Assembly (NCBI GenBank): GCA_002256025.1
Contig: NKIB01013862.1
Span: 1-50,261 of the forward strand
Source of the DNA: Asterionella formosa
Lineage: Eukaryota
Length of the DNA stretch: 50,261 nt
Reading direction: 5' to 3'
Position numbers and translations under genes: made by a program. The number at the start of each line of letters is the position of its first letter. Position 1 is the stretch's first letter. Positions 22,449-33,628 of this stretch are shown in pieces. The notes under the pieces were generated by a model. It did not search any database. It was not told the DNA's origin and worked only from the letters and a program-made list of their open reading frames with translations.

Positions 22449-25337
22449 CTCTCCCACACTTGAGGGAAAACCTTTTACCTATGAAGAGGTTTGATACGAC
22501 GAATATTAATTCGTTCTGTAATATGCATAGTGCGTTGAAAAGTAACTGTACCATTGGCATGTACTTGAATAATAGTATAAGGACCTCGTCCACGATCATC
22601 CAAAGTAGTAGCATTATCCAAAAGTATTAAAATCTCATCACTCCACTTTGTAATCATAAGATCGACGACGGAAATTAGCACGACGTAAACGTTCGTCAAT
22701 TATCACTTGTCGACGTTGATGTATTAATTGTTAATCTGTTATCAGAGGAATATTTAATATCATATCACGTTGAAAAACCCATGCTCCTGGTGAAATACAT
22801 AATATACTATGAATAGTAGCTCGAGCTGCATATGACGCAGCTGCAAAACATGTATCCACAATATTTTGGGCTTGAAATTCATTGATTGGAGGATGAGCCT
22901 TTAACATAACTCGTAGACTATTGCTGATAGATTGATGTAAACTTTCACAGATAGCATTTGCTTGTGGATTCTTTACTGTAGTAGTCACATCTTTGATTCC
23001 ATTTAATACTGACATGTGTAAGAAAGGAACACCAGTAAATTCACCTCTATATCACATAATCGTTGTAATTCGGTTTTGAAAACTTCTAAATGAATATGAG
23101 CGACCGCATATGCTCGTTGGTGACGAGGAACAGCATTTGATAATAATTCCAAATGTACCTGTTTATGAGGATAGACTTTTAATTTGCCATCAAATAATGT
23201 TTGATATTTAACCAATATAGTTCGTAAACACGATCGTTGTATTGTTGTCAAATGTATCTGTTCATCCACCACTGTATCAATATTTACGTAATTATATTCA
23301 GCAGCTTTAATTTCCAGAGCATATGATGATTCCACAATCATAGGTGCGTCAAAATATAATAATACATCTCGTAAACGAGATCTATCATCAAAAAATGTGA
23401 GAGGATGCATAGGAACAATCATATCCATACAGGAAAAGGTGTTATTTACGAAATCAATGGTTAAACCAACTTGACGGAGGAAATTACGTCCTAAAATAAC
23501 ATCAAATGTGCATAGACCATTAAAGACTTGACACTTTTGTTGTAAAATAGGAGCGGATCGATTAAATTCTGGTAGAATCAGGTCATATAGCATGACACTG
23601 GCATAAGATGAATAAGTACCAGCTATGGTATGTATTAGCTAATTGGGAAGTCTCGTCAGACAAAGAAATAACTTGAGGCATAACCCGTTCATGTATTAAG
23701 GATAACGATCCTCCACTATCAAATAATACTCGTAGTATTTTATGCATAGGTATATCATCCACCAATCGTGGCGCTAAAAGGGACATCGGAATCAAATCAA
23801 TTGATGTTAATATATCCTTAGAAGTGAAACAGGAAACCGGAATTGGGCCCTGATATGTATGTGGAACATCATGTCCATCAATACAGTTATATATGTCCCG
23901 CATTTCAGCAACAGCGGTATCCATAGTGTATTCAACCTGTAAGTAAACAATATTATTCAGATGATGACCAACGTGAGAAATACTCAACGAGTCATTATAA
24001 ATATCATCGCTATTATCGCACATACCTCTGTGATGGCGATCAGCAATCTGCTGTTGTGTAGTAGGGACAAAAGTCACTATCTGACTAGCAGGAGGGTTCG
24101 TGACCACTGAAATTTCCTGGGCAGATATATTCTCGGTAGGGTCGGCACGTGGCACAGTACCCCAACCGGATGGATGAGTATTATGACCCCATGCATTTAA
24201 CATACGAGCATGTGGAACAGGCACAGGGTTAGCAGTGTCAGTATGGTAGCTTTCCGTAGGATTGCTGTGTGAACCGCCTCCACGACCACCAAAATGTCCT
24301 CGTCTACCGAAACTGGAACGGCCACGTCCATTATGACGACCGGCCATGCGACCTGTTCGACCACCTTGAGTACGAGGATTCTGGAAACAATTGCCCCAAG
24401 TATGTGCACCTTCAGGATGTACTGGGCAAGGACCGCGATAATCATGGTACGTACGACTGGCTTGTAGAGCTTGATGACGAACAGTCGCCTGACGATCCCA
24501 TGCGCGTCCGGCTGCATTGACAATAGCACGCGCTCTTCCACGACCACTTAGAGTAAAATTATCGTTGTAGAATTGACGACTGACACACTCGTTTTCTTGA
24601 CGCATCACACGATTGCCTTCAGCAATACGAAGACGATTTTGTGTGATTGTTTGAAAACTGTTCTTGGGAAGATGCCTCTCGAAGTAAGCAAGAACCGAGC
24701 AAATCGATTGGTCTGAAGTCTTTGCATGATTTATTTCAAACTCTTGTTGCCACTCATTGGGCATAGAACGGATAATGATAATCCGCATATCTTCTTTTGA
24801 CGATCTGTTTTGATCTTCTGGATGAGGCATTAGTTGAAGTAGCCTGCTCAAAGTTTAATACAAGCTCCGAAATCCATTACCAACATAGAAAAGGGTTTAG
24901 ATAAATAATGTAGCATCCATTGTCGTTGACGTTGAAAACTCTCGTTTGGTAAACGATCATCTAACCATAAAACCATTGCTTCATCGAAACTTTCGTAAGA
25001 TTGATCTTCTGGGTGTACTTCCACATTCAACCAATCCGATAAGGCAATGTCGGTCAAACACATTTTAAAGTAGGAAAAGGTATCTGCAGGGCTAAAGGCA
25101 CATGTGTTAGCCATGTCACAAAATTGACTCACTCCAATTAACAATGCTTCCACCGAGCTTCCATTGATCATATCTTGATCAAACAATTCAAACCTTCCAC
25201 CGGTTAAAGCAACTCTGAATGTTTTAGTCTTGATAGTCAATACATTGTAGTCTTTGATCAAAGGAATCACAGGAACCCTTGAATACATTGCCATGTTGCT
25301 TTGTTGTCTTCTAATTCGACTCTTTTTGAATTCAAAG

Positions 25338-25532
25338 TGAAGTATCTAACTAGAAGTAGTAGTATTTATTGAATATATGAGCTTATTAATTAATCCTTAT
25401 GTATAACTCTTTTCTTGAACTGACATCAAAGTATAGAATGGGTGTTAGTCGAGTTCTCTTATTATTGAATTCCAATATATTTGATGTAACCCTAACCCTA
25501 TATACCTCTGTATCGACGTGCAGGATTGCTCA
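25338..25532 (-). repeat. Gypsy 5' LTR (195 bp)
   Basis: Direct repeat of 22258-22448; TATATA at 25499-25504; gag ATG at 25294. Confidence 0.95.
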
Positions 25533-25803
25533 GGTAGTACCAGGTACCAGGTATGTCCAGCGCTAATCGGAAGAACCCTCCTTCAAGAACATGAATGACG
25601 GTATGTAAGTCGTACATTTACAGGTAAGAAAAACTATGTAATCCCTGCAGGTGGATACGGTACTATACTGTAATGTTTACTGTAATACGTCAGAGAAAGC
25701 AAATCTCCTCATCTGTGTCAGCTCAGTGCGTACAGTATTAACCGGTGCACCATCTCGATGTAAACAAGCAAGCAAAGGCATCGGCAATGTCGCTTGGAGG
25801 TAC

Positions 25804-25823
25804 AGTACCAGGTACCTGGTACT
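25804..25823. repeat. 20-bp perfect palindrome agtaccaggtacctggtact (TACCAGG-type cluster)
   Basis: Self-complementary; intergenic, upstream of methyltransferase A. Confidence 0.9.
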
Positions 25824-26475
25824 TGAATCGATCGAATGAAAATACGAAGTCAGCAAAGAAGTTATCGTAATGTGGCGATCATTTCCTCGTCAATCGAGAG
25901 AAGAATAATGATCGAGCGAGTGCCACCGATCAGCTCGTATGTACTTTGCAACGGGTTATTTCTTGATTCCTTTGTGGGTTATTTCGTTTCATTTCAAGCG
26001 GTGTAGAACAGGACAGTATGATAAAACCATCAATTCTGGAACACTGCTGGTGGGATTGAGTCAATAAGAGACCCTATAGTTCTGATGACACCAAAGACAT
26101 CCTTCCACCAATCACCGCTTGGTGTTCTTTTCTTTCTTATAAAGAACAATTCTCTTTTTATGTTGTCTTTCACTCACTTTTTCTTGTGATCCTGTTTTTC
26201 ATTCACATAACTATATTGATAGAATTTCATCCATCTGCGTACTTTCTTTTCTCCAAGGTATCAAAGGTATGTGAACAAGTTCCGTGTGAACAGTCAACAT
26301 TTAGGTTAGTAATCAATTGCTGCGATTGATTGTAGAAGGCGATCAGCACCCCAACTTCCCTTTGGATTCGCGTCACATCTGCCATGAACCCTTCACCTAG
26401 GAATGACTGACTCCGCACTCATGCTGTTGTCCGTTACTGTCTCAAGTCTGTAAGAAGTATAGAACAAGAAGCACC

Positions 26476-27549
26476 ATGAAGAAATCTTCTGTGATTGCCA
26501 CAATTGTTACATTGACTTCAGCAGGCTGCGTAGTCGTTGGATTCGTCCCCAAATTTGCAACCCCCAGGTTCTCCTCGACGAAGATGTCTCATCCCACAGC
26601 AAAACCCAGAACTACTCCAGTCAAAACGAAAGAAAAAGAAAGCCGCTATGCTTCGTCTCGGAAGAAATGGGGGATTGACAAGGTGCACCCCGATGAATAC
26701 TGGTATAACAACAAGATTCACACTTTGGGAAATACTGGTTTTGGAGGGGCTCTGCATGCACTTCTTGCACCACTAGCAACCAAGTTAATCGATAATGTGG
26801 CATACAAAGGTGTTGATATTCGAAGAAAGGTAATTAGATCTTGTTTCATTAGTGCTTCTTCTGTTTGCAACATATCACCTTCTCACAATTTTCGATCGTT
26901 ATTGTTCCTCGTCTTCGTCTTTCAGGTCGCTATGGAACTTGCTGGTAGTGTTCCGGCAAACAAAGCGCATATCCTCGATCTCTGCTGTGGAGTTGGTATG
27001 TCAACCAGAGCACTCCAAGATGCTTTCCCCAATGCCGAGCTTGTAGTCGGCATTGACACATCACCAGAGATGATTCGCATGGCTACATTCCTTACTAGAT
27101 GCCGCAATTTCTTTGACTTCCAATACCACATCATCATGCGATTTCTTAAGAAATCAAATCAATCCATTTTACAGGGTCTAAACAAGGACGCGAGCCGTCA
27201 AGTCAGCTTTGCTAATTCTAATGCGGAGAACACTGAGCTCCCAGGACATTCATTTGATCTTGTCACTGTCATGTATTCCCTTCATGAGGCTCCAAGGCAA
27301 GGCCGGGATCGTATCCTTCGCGAGGCCAGGCGTTTGCTCCAACCAGGAGGCATTCTGGCTCTCCTGGACCTTTCTACAGACTACAAACCAAGTGACCACA
27401 TGCTAGCTGGTGAGCCTTATGTTCTTGAATATCAAGCGAATATTCAGCGCCAGTTGCAATCAGTCAAAGGTTTCAGCAAGGCTGTCTACAAAACGATAGT
27501 TCCCGGCCATGTTGGAATGTGGCTCCTGAAGGCAACTTCTAGTCCATAA
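26476..27549 (+). CDS. Class I SAM-dependent methyltransferase (UbiE/MenG-like fold), paralog A; intron 26830-26925; probable plastid leader
   Basis: Motif I ILDLCCGVGMST, VGIDTSPEM, NAENTELPGHSFDLVTVMYSLHEAP, EARRLLQPGG. Removing the 96-nt GTAATT...TTTCAG intron restores collinearity with paralog B. Signal peptide followed by VG|FVP. Confidence 0.88.
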   Translation: MKKSSVIATIVTLTSAGCVVVGFVPKFATPRFSSTKMSHPTAKPRTTPVKTKEKESRYASSRKKWGIDKVHPDEYWYNNKIHTLGNTGFGGALHALLAPLATKLIDNVAYKGVDIRRKVIRSCFISASSVCNISPSHNFRSLLFLVFVFQVAMELAGSVPANKAHILDLCCGVGMSTRALQDAFPNAELVVGIDTSPEMIRMATFLTRCRNFFDFQYHIIMRFLKKSNQSILQGLNKDASRQVSFANSNAENTELPGHSFDLVTVMYSLHEAPRQGRDRILREARRLLQPGGILALLDLSTDYKPSDHMLAGEPYVLEYQANIQRQLQSVKGFSKAVYKTIVPGHVGMWLLKATSSP

Positions 27550-28145
27550 GAATCCAGGATGTTCAACAGCACCTCCGTGAAAATCTCCAAGGTGTTTCTA
27601 GTTTCGCCACAACTTTCAACACCACAAACGATCCATTGATTGTACATGGATTCATGCATATGTTACATGGTACATGCGGTGGTACCGGCAGATAGGGTCT
27701 TCATGATGAATGCGCAAACCATAGGGAGGAACGAGATAGAGTTATCATTCATGTGAAATAAGTCTTTCTATTAACCTTTTCTATGCTTCACTTTACTAAT
27801 CACATTATTCTGGCGTGCATTTAAGGCTGGGGACGTTAATTCACAATTACACAACAGTAGAAAGTTAATATGAAAGTATAAAAGAATGTTTTATCAGCGG
27901 TGTTCAGGCTTGACGGTGCTTATAACAAATAAATAAGGAGGGCTCGTTGATGGCTGAGATTTTGTATGCCCGAACGGGATGATCCGATCACTGTTGAAAG
28001 AATGAAGCCCTAAGTTGTGATGGTTTAATACATACCAAAGGGGACTTAATAAGTTGCGTTGGCAAGTTGTGACGAAATTTATACAAGAGATTCAGGATCC
28101 ATGTGATGTTTAAGGGACCAACTGATATTCGACAAATACAAGCTT

Positions 28146-29156
28146 CTACTGAAAGACACCACCTAACCAGCCAAGGTGATGTTGGTTAACTTTGGAAGAT
28201 ACACTCGCTTTCTTGCGAGTTAAAGTCCAGAGCCCGACATGTCCAGCAACGACTTCCTCATATCTCAAGTCAACAAACCCACGAATAGCTTTCAGTTGCT
28301 TCTGGATATTGGCCTTGTATTCGAGCACGTAAGGCTCCCCAGCAAGCATCGTGGGGCTTGGTTCGTAGTTTGGGCTGATATCAATGACGGCCAAGGTGCA
28401 GCCGTCGGCAAGTAAACGACGGGCCTCTCTAAGTATAAGGTAGCGACCATGGTGAGGCACTTCATGAAAGCTGTACATGATGGTGACCAAATCAAAGATT
28501 CCCCCAGGAAGATTAGTCTCTTCTGCGTTGCCAACGAGGAAGTCTGGAGAACAAGACCCATAAAATGTACGCTTCGGCTTCTCGACAATAAACTTTGCAA
28601 GTTCCGAATCAGAACTGAGCAACTCGGCCATAGCAATCATCTCCTTTGAAGTATCGACGCCAAGGATCACAGCTGCGTCTTGAAAAGCTCCTTGCAATGC
28701 TCGAGTCGACATTCCAACGCCGCAACAAAGATCAAGCACATTGGCATTGGCCTTCCCTACCTTTTGACGAAGTCCCTTGGCAATAGTGATGCGAACATTC
28801 TCTCCGCGATAGGCAGAAAAGTCGATAAGCTTGGTTACTAGTGGAGCAAGAGCGGCGTGGATGGCCCCAAGGAAACCTGTGTTTCCAAAAGTGTGAATCT
28901 TGGGATGGAACCAGTATTTGGGTGGACCCTGGAGGCGCTTTGATGTCGTCCTGGGAGCCGTTGCGAGGCTACCAGCGTCTACGGGTATGGCAACTGATAC
29001 TCCAGCGGCAAAATTAATAGGCACCCTGATTGACTGCTTCATGCTTCTCTCGATTGCTTGTTTGAAAGCTGGTGAGGACGTCTCTCGGTTGACGTTGTAG
29101 CCACAGACGAAGAGAAGACGCAGAACACCGAAAATGACGAAAGAGGAGAGCTTCAT
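28146..29156 (-). CDS. Class I SAM-dependent methyltransferase, paralog B; intronless; signal peptide
   Basis: YWFHPKIHTFGNTGFLGAIHAALAPL, VLDLCCGVGMSTRALQ, FDLVTIMYSFHEVP and MLAGEPYVLEY are all shared with paralog A. Leader MKLSSFVIFGVLRLLFVCG|Y. Confidence 0.9.
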   Translation of the reverse strand: MKLSSFVIFGVLRLLFVCGYNVNRETSSPAFKQAIERSMKQSIRVPINFAAGVSVAIPVDAGSLATAPRTTSKRLQGPPKYWFHPKIHTFGNTGFLGAIHAALAPLVTKLIDFSAYRGENVRITIAKGLRQKVGKANANVLDLCCGVGMSTRALQGAFQDAAVILGVDTSKEMIAMAELLSSDSELAKFIVEKPKRTFYGSCSPDFLVGNAEETNLPGGIFDLVTIMYSFHEVPHHGRYLILREARRLLADGCTLAVIDISPNYEPSPTMLAGEPYVLEYKANIQKQLKAIRGFVDLRYEEVVAGHVGLWTLTRKKASVSSKVNQHHLGWLGGVFQ

Positions 29157-30409
29157 TTTAGAAGTTTAATCTGAGTATTTCGAGAACAATCAGTAGTCAG
29201 TAAAGAATCCATATCGATGTAGTACCGATTGCTAAATAATTCAGCAACGAGGCAGCATTGGTTGGATCAAACCCCTTAGATTGTACCTCGTATAACAATG
29301 AGAATGCAACGCTCCCCTCAGGAAGTTAAATCGGCCTTATATAATTCTATCTTTTCACCAAGTAAATCGATTGCATTCATGGTCCGGTACTCGCATTCTC
29401 ACCTCGTTTATCCAACAGCAAAATTATTGTTCCGTCGATACCTTTATTTTATGACATAATCATGCACGAACAGCAATGCTGCTTCAAAAAGAACAATTGT
29501 AGCTGGCGATTCGAATTCTTTTCGTCGGAAAGGATTGTACACACATCTGAAACGAGGTACCGGTAGGCATCATATTTATTACAGTACCAAGTACCCTGGT
29601 ACCAGGTAGCACCCTCATCGGTGACGAGAGTCACAGTGACACGAAACACGTCAGAATTCATCCTTTCTTCTTATAACGTGACTCGGTAACCGGGGCCGTC
29701 ATTGATGGGTAATTGTGCAGAGATATGTAGGAACGAACAACTGAGAGCATTCGTTACCATTGGTTGGTTGGAAAAGTATGAAGAATTGAGATTATTAAAT
29801 TCCGAATTCTTCATTCCGTGCCTGCGTTGAAGCAAATCTTTGTATTAATCCACTCAGTGTAAGTGTCCATTCGGCCTATTGCATCCCATGATGCTGCGGA
29901 ATCGCTGCCATTCATTAACCGTCAAGAAAAGCAAAAACCTCTGTATTTGAGAAGGATGTTGATTCATCGTCATCGATGAAGCACCGGATTTTGAGCGTTA
30001 ACACGAGACGAAGGCGCGGATGGATAAATTTTAGTCCCGACATGACCAGACCAAAAGGGTTCCACAGGATGAAACAATGAGGAGCTACCCCAAGTCATTT
30101 TTCAATACTTTGTGATATCAATGCACCTTTCAACATACTTTGATGAATGTGAGATGAAGATACAAAAACAAAACTATTTATCGTTCTCGCCAGGGTTGTT
30201 TTGCATTTCCATTTCCGACAAAAGGGAAGGGGAAGGGAAGAGTTATCTCAAGTCATTTTTTATGAGAGCACAGTCTTGTGTTCGATTTTTTCCTCCGGGT
30301 TTCCGTTCAGACTTCAAGGCGCACAGCGAAGAATTCCGATGTTGATGAGTACGGGCATTCAAACCCAAATTGTCATCCCACTTTTTGTCAGTCGAGCACC
30401 TTGTAGATA

Positions 30410-30635
30410 TGATACCAGGGTCCCGTACCAGGACCCTGGTACCAGGTACTCCCTCTGTCTAGTAACAGTTGCATCGATTCGTCGGCATCACCAGTGTCTT
30501 TACTGATCGCATATGGAGGATTATGTAGCCGACATACCAAATTTCTACGTGAGGGTCGGCTTATACCAGAATACCTGATCCAGATACCGTTGGTATACCT
30601 GGTACCCTGGTACCAGAACACCGGTACCGGTAGTC
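30410..30635. repeat. Dense TACCAGG/CCTGGTA/TACCGGTA cluster in a divergent intergenic region
   Basis: gataccagggtcccgtaccaggaccctggtaccaggtac and tggtatacctggtaccctggtaccagaacaccggtaccggta. Confidence 0.8.
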
Positions 30636-30990
30636 AAAGCAAAGGAACTCCTGAGCGAGGATGTGTTGAGTTTGCTTACCACATGTGAGAGGAGGACATC
30701 TAAAGCCATGCTTTCTGCCTGCTCCTGAGGAGGGATGCTTTCTGTGGACGCTCCTGCCGGTATGGTGCGTTGGTGTACACTGAAATATGTAGGAGACCTA
30801 TGACATACCGGTTTGAAAGTGGACGAGCTATGTAAGTATTGTATTAATTAATAGGCAGAACGCTGCCGGATGGAACCCAACAACAACAAAAAGACTGGCA
30901 CTTTGACGAACCGTTCTCAAAGTCTTCCTCACCATTGAACCTTGAAATTGTTTGAAGCTACATACTGGCAGTCGAAGCATCCAAAACACC

Positions 30991-31928
30991 ATGAATGCTC
31001 CATCGTCAGCAGATGAGCACAAAGAGTGAGTTTCTTAAGCGATGAAGCACACAGTGAATGAAACGTCATCGTCGACTTAACCCATCTGAAAACGCTTGTC
31101 ATCAGACGCGGAAACGCAGCGTTTTCCGCAAAGGATTATGATTCTGCGATCAAACATTATTCGGATGCAATCAAGGTTAACCCCCACAACCACGTTTTCT
31201 TTTCCAATCGAAGGTACGTGAAATTTGCTCTGAATCAGGAATGTCTATGTTGAAAGCTATCCATCTTATCTCGTGCTATTTTTTACAGTGCGTCGTATGG
31301 AGGAATCAAGGATTGGGAGAACGCAGTCGCTGATGCCAAGGAATGTATACGCCTCGATCCGACATTCATCAAAGGATATTACCGTTTGGCCGTGGCATTC
31401 ACAGACTTGAAGGAATGGGACAAAGCGTTGGCCACTATAAAGCAAGGTCTCGCTATCGAGGTCAACAACCCGCAATTAATGAGACAGATGCAGCAAATCA
31501 AGCTAGCTAAAAAGAGAGAGTCCCAGAAGAATACCGCTCCTTTGATGGCGCCTGTGGGAGGTCTAGATTCGTTTGCCTCCAAGGAATTGCAGGAGTTACA
31601 AGCACAGTACGTCCAGACCAGTCGCGATGTGAGTATCGTTCAGGCCAACATTTCCATGGCCCAGCGCGAGTATAAGACAAATGAGATAACCAAGACTGAA
31701 CTGGAAAAGATTCCCGAAACGGGCGAATCCAAGATGTATCGCAGTGTGGGGAAGATGTTTCTCTTGTCAAGTCGGTCGGATGTCTTGGACCATCTAACGG
31801 AAAGCATGGAAAATGAAAAGAAGAATGAAGCTGATTTAATTCAAAAGCTCGATTATCTCGAGCGACGACTCAGGTCGCAAAGACAGAACATTGAAGAAGT
31901 CGTGAGAGCTCCATTGATAGCCGAGTAA
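30991..31928 (+). CDS. STI1/HOP-like TPR domain fused to a prefoldin beta subunit (PFD1-like); exons 30991-31025, 31106-31213, 31289-31928
   Basis: Two GT-AG introns give a 260-aa frame: DEHKERGNAAFSAKDYDSAIKHYSDAI..NHVFFSNRSA..DAKECIRLDPTFIKGYYRLA (3 TPRs), then coiled coil-MYRSVGKMFLL-coiled coil (prefoldin beta hairpin). Confidence 0.88.
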
Positions 31929-32126
31929 TGGTCACGTCTTGGTTTTAAAGTGAAACTAATGAATGCACAATAGCGAATCCTAGGGATGCACCAGAAGGTC
32001 GTACATTTCATAACAAAACTTTAGAGATTTATTAATGCTGAAAACGATGCATTTGATAGGAATTAACAATGGTATTCATCCAAGCTGAAGGGGTTAAGCA
32101 TGATGTTTTATCAAACCTCCCCTTCC

Positions 32127-33026
32127 CTATTTCCGACCCAGCGAAATTTTCTTCAATTGACCGTGCGATCGAAGTTCCCATTGAAAGCCAAGCTGTTCCA
32201 ATCGTTCGATGCGTCCTGGTGTCATGGCAGATGGATTTCCCTCACAGTGGAGCTTGTACTGTCTTCTTTGGCATTTGACCCATGTAGCCAGTGAAGGATT
32301 GTCTTTGAATAGGGAGGGTACAAGACAATTTCCATGTTTTTTGCGGTAAGCAACAAGTTCATTGCGCTTTTCTTCCCACACGACTTCATGAGAGTCCCAG
32401 ATAAAGCCAATGGCGTTGAGTATATCCATACGTTCCTCTGTCATGGTACTATAAGGGTGGCCTTCTCTCATAAGTTTATACTGGCGACGTTGGCGCTTGA
32501 CCCAGCGTGACAGTTTTGGGTTCGAAGGATAGGTATGCGGAACGAGACAGTTCCCCTCCTCCTGAACATACATCTTCAGTTCTTGCAAACGAGCGGCCCA
32601 GTTTTCTTCGTGGAATGGTTTAAACCTTTGTTCTTTGTCCTGATCATGCATTGAAGTAATACACTCTTCCGAGGGCTCTTGTCCATCTCGGAATATGTCG
32701 GCGAGATCTGAAGAAGGGTTAGATGACATGATCGTCTCGAGCCATGCGGTAGCTTCTTCTTGAATTTCATTCTTTTCAGAAGTCACTTTGACTGCTAGTT
32801 CCGCCGTGCCTTTCCATGCATTGCCGACTTCGAACAATAGAGGACTGACCATATGAGTGCTACAGGGTGTCGTGATATACGACTCTACCGGAATCTCGTT
32901 AGATGGAAGGTCGACACTGCTATCTACAAGCATTCCATATTTGTTGAATCTTGACCTAGCCACATACTCAACATTGAAAGTGGTCATCGCGAGTTCAAAC
33001 GGTGTGTTTTCTCTCGATTCCGTCAT
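32127..33026 (-). CDS. Protein with two helicase-associated (HA) domains
   Basis: Two repeats of W....EL..Y....GNCLVP.....P.L..WVK.QRRQYKL......MT..R...L...GF.W. Confidence 0.88.
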   Translation of the reverse strand: MTESRENTPFELAMTTFNVEYVARSRFNKYGMLVDSSVDLPSNEIPVESYITTPCSTHMVSPLLFEVGNAWKGTAELAVKVTSEKNEIQEEATAWLETIMSSNPSSDLADIFRDGQEPSEECITSMHDQDKEQRFKPFHEENWAARLQELKMYVQEEGNCLVPHTYPSNPKLSRWVKRQRRQYKLMREGHPYSTMTEERMDILNAIGFIWDSHEVVWEEKRNELVAYRKKHGNCLVPSLFKDNPSLATWVKCQRRQYKLHCEGNPSAMTPGRIERLEQLGFQWELRSHGQLKKISLGRK

Positions 33027-33237
33027 GCCGCTTAAAATAGAATGAAGAGAACAAGAAACAACTTGCTAAGCAATATCACAGACATTGTGAAATATATCCT
33101 GCCTAGAGGGGAGTTACATAGCGCTCGCGCAACATTCAGTACATTTAGCTACCGGTAGTACGAGGAGCTTGACACTCTTTCGATCGCGCTTGCCACAGAG
33201 ACTGTCGTACACGACTTTCACACAGCCGCCAATACAC

Positions 33238-33331
33238 CTGCAAGTTGCGGTAATTATGCTGAAACTAAAAGTTTAGCTATCTTTATCCCAAATTAAATTG
33301 TTAGTTTAAGCAAAATTACCGCAACTTGCTG
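33238..33331. mobile_element. ~95-bp MITE, copy 2
   Basis: TIRs ctgcaagttgcggtaatt / aattaccgcaacttgctg; CAC on both flanks; reverse-complement homolog of 22107-22201. Confidence 0.85.
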
Positions 33332-33628
33332 CACACTGACAGATTATTGAAATGTTATTTTCAATTGTGTGCTAAAATTTCAAAGAGTAATTGATCAGTA
33401 GCCACAAGGAATCCTAGTGCCTTGGCTACGGCCCCCACTGCAAGTAACTCCCCAATAAAGATGATTCGTTCCCAGAATTATCAGAAGAGAAAATACAAAA
33501 ATATGGAGAACAACTACCACAAGTTATGGTTTCTGGTCTAGACCAAGAATTTACGGAGACATGGTAATCACCAAGTGATGGATAACAATGATGGTATTAT
33601 TGAAAGGAAATTATAAATAGTAGGAAAG

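Larger units (their letters stand above)
22258..25532 (-). mobile_element. Ty3/Gypsy LTR retrotransposon, internally deleted (most of RT, RNase H and IN N-terminus missing)
   Basis: LTRs at 22258-22448 and 25338-25532 (TG...CA); perfect 5-bp TSD GGTAG (22253-22257, 25533-25537); minus-strand PPT gtgggagag next to 22448. Gag with CPVHPEGAHTWGNC, protease LFDSGG/DVILGRNFL, RT start KTELQRLCDI joined at ~23040-23000 to integrase TTVKNPQANAICE. Confidence 0.95.

Noticed and set aside
25487..25500. Telomere-like taaccctaacccta in the Gypsy LTR
   Set aside because: Only about two units, and imperfect in the other LTR; not enough to claim telomeric origin.
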